Below are positions 63,387 through 64,000 of a DNA stretch of 64,000 bases, one piece after another. Under the pieces are notes generated by a model. The model searched no databases and was not told the origin of the DNA. It worked only from the letters and a program-made list of their open reading frames with translations. Each line of letters starts with the position of its first letter. Position 1 is the stretch's first letter. This DNA comes from an uncultured Gammaproteobacteria bacterium (GTDB lineage Bacteria > Pseudomonadota > Gammaproteobacteria > UBA9214). The translations under genes and the position numbers were made by a program. Location of the stretch: positions 64,001-128,000 of the forward strand of contig CAWHCQ010000013.1 of the NCBI GenBank assembly GCA_963827755.1, given 5' to 3'.

Positions 63387-64000
63387 CGCGGCGGCCGGGC
63401 CGCACTGGCATTGCCTGTCCGATGCGGACACGGTTTGCGCGCAGGCCGCGGCGAGGATCCTGGATGCAGCGGCGTGTGCCATCGACGAGCGCGGCTGTTT
63501 CCGAATGGTGCTGGCCGGCGGGCGTACCCCTGAAAAGGTATACCGGCAACTGGCCGGCAGCGATGCCGACTGGACGGCCTGGCAGCTCTACTTCGGTGAC
63601 GAGCGCTGCCTGCCTGCCGACGACGCTGAACGTAACAGTGTCATGGCGGCCACTGCCTGGCTGGACCGGGTCGCCATCCCGGCGGACAACATACATCCCA
63701 TCCCGGCTGAACTGGGCGCCGGGGCTGCCGCGCAGATCTATGCAGCAGTGGTGAAGGCCGCGCGCCCCTTTGACCTGGTGCTGCTGGGTATGGGCGAAGA
63801 CGGGCACACCGCCAGCCTGTTTCCAGGCCAGCATCACCCCCCGCACGAAGTGGTGCATGCGGTACACGATGCCCCCAAGCCACCCGACGATCGCGTCAGT
63901 CTCAGCCGTGAGTCATTGAGTGATGCGCATGACGTAATGGTGCTGGTAACCGGAGCTGGAAAGCGGGACGCACTGCAGCAATGGCAGGCCGGGGATGATC
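63376..64000 (+). CDS. pgl: 6-phosphogluconolactonase (truncated by window end)
   Basis: Frame from ATG 63376: LAGGRTP, FGDERC, DLVLLGMGEDGHTASLFP, PKPPDDRVSL. Confidence 0.93.
   Translation, partial: MIPDAAAGPHWHCLSDADTVCAQAAARILDAAACAIDERGCFRMVLAGGRTPEKVYRQLAGSDADWTAWQLYFGDERCLPADDAERNSVMAATAWLDRVAIPADNIHPIPAELGAGAAAQIYAAVVKAARPFDLVLLGMGEDGHTASLFPGQHHPPHEVVHAVHDAPKPPDDRVSLSRESLSDAHDVMVLVTGAGKRDALQQWQAGDD

Overview
GC-rich gammaproteobacterial chromosomal segment, mostly core genes in familiar order: two tandem porins, a WD40 protein, rpiA/ilvA, a histone H1-like basic repeat protein, ygfA-6S RNA-zapA-zapB-like, ygfB-pepP-ubiH-ubiI, a tandem glycine riboswitch before gcvT-gcvH-gcvPA-tpx-gcvPB, dgkA, a PfkB kinase, lgt-thyA-folA, lptD-surA-pdxA-rsmA-apaG-apaH, amgK and murU, ybeD-lipB-lipA, and gnd-zwf-pgl (cut by the window end). 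The strongest anomaly is at rsmA (ksgA), where three rsmA 5' ends lie in series: the apparent native start (MAHIPRKRFGQ, 39520) right after pdxA, a deleted relic (37711) and the intact gene (35105). Between them sit two AT-richer modules sharing a ~200-bp non-coding leader, each with one cargo gene (diguanylate cyclase; metallophosphoesterase). This looks like repeated integration at rsmA with 5'-end replacement, but no recombinase is present in the window. Intergenic DNA holds several palindromic repeat families, including two ~700-760 bp fold-back elements and GTAG-type REP clusters. Several +1 frameshifts, one in lptD, are probably sequence errors. All product calls come from motif recognition and synteny; no database search was run.
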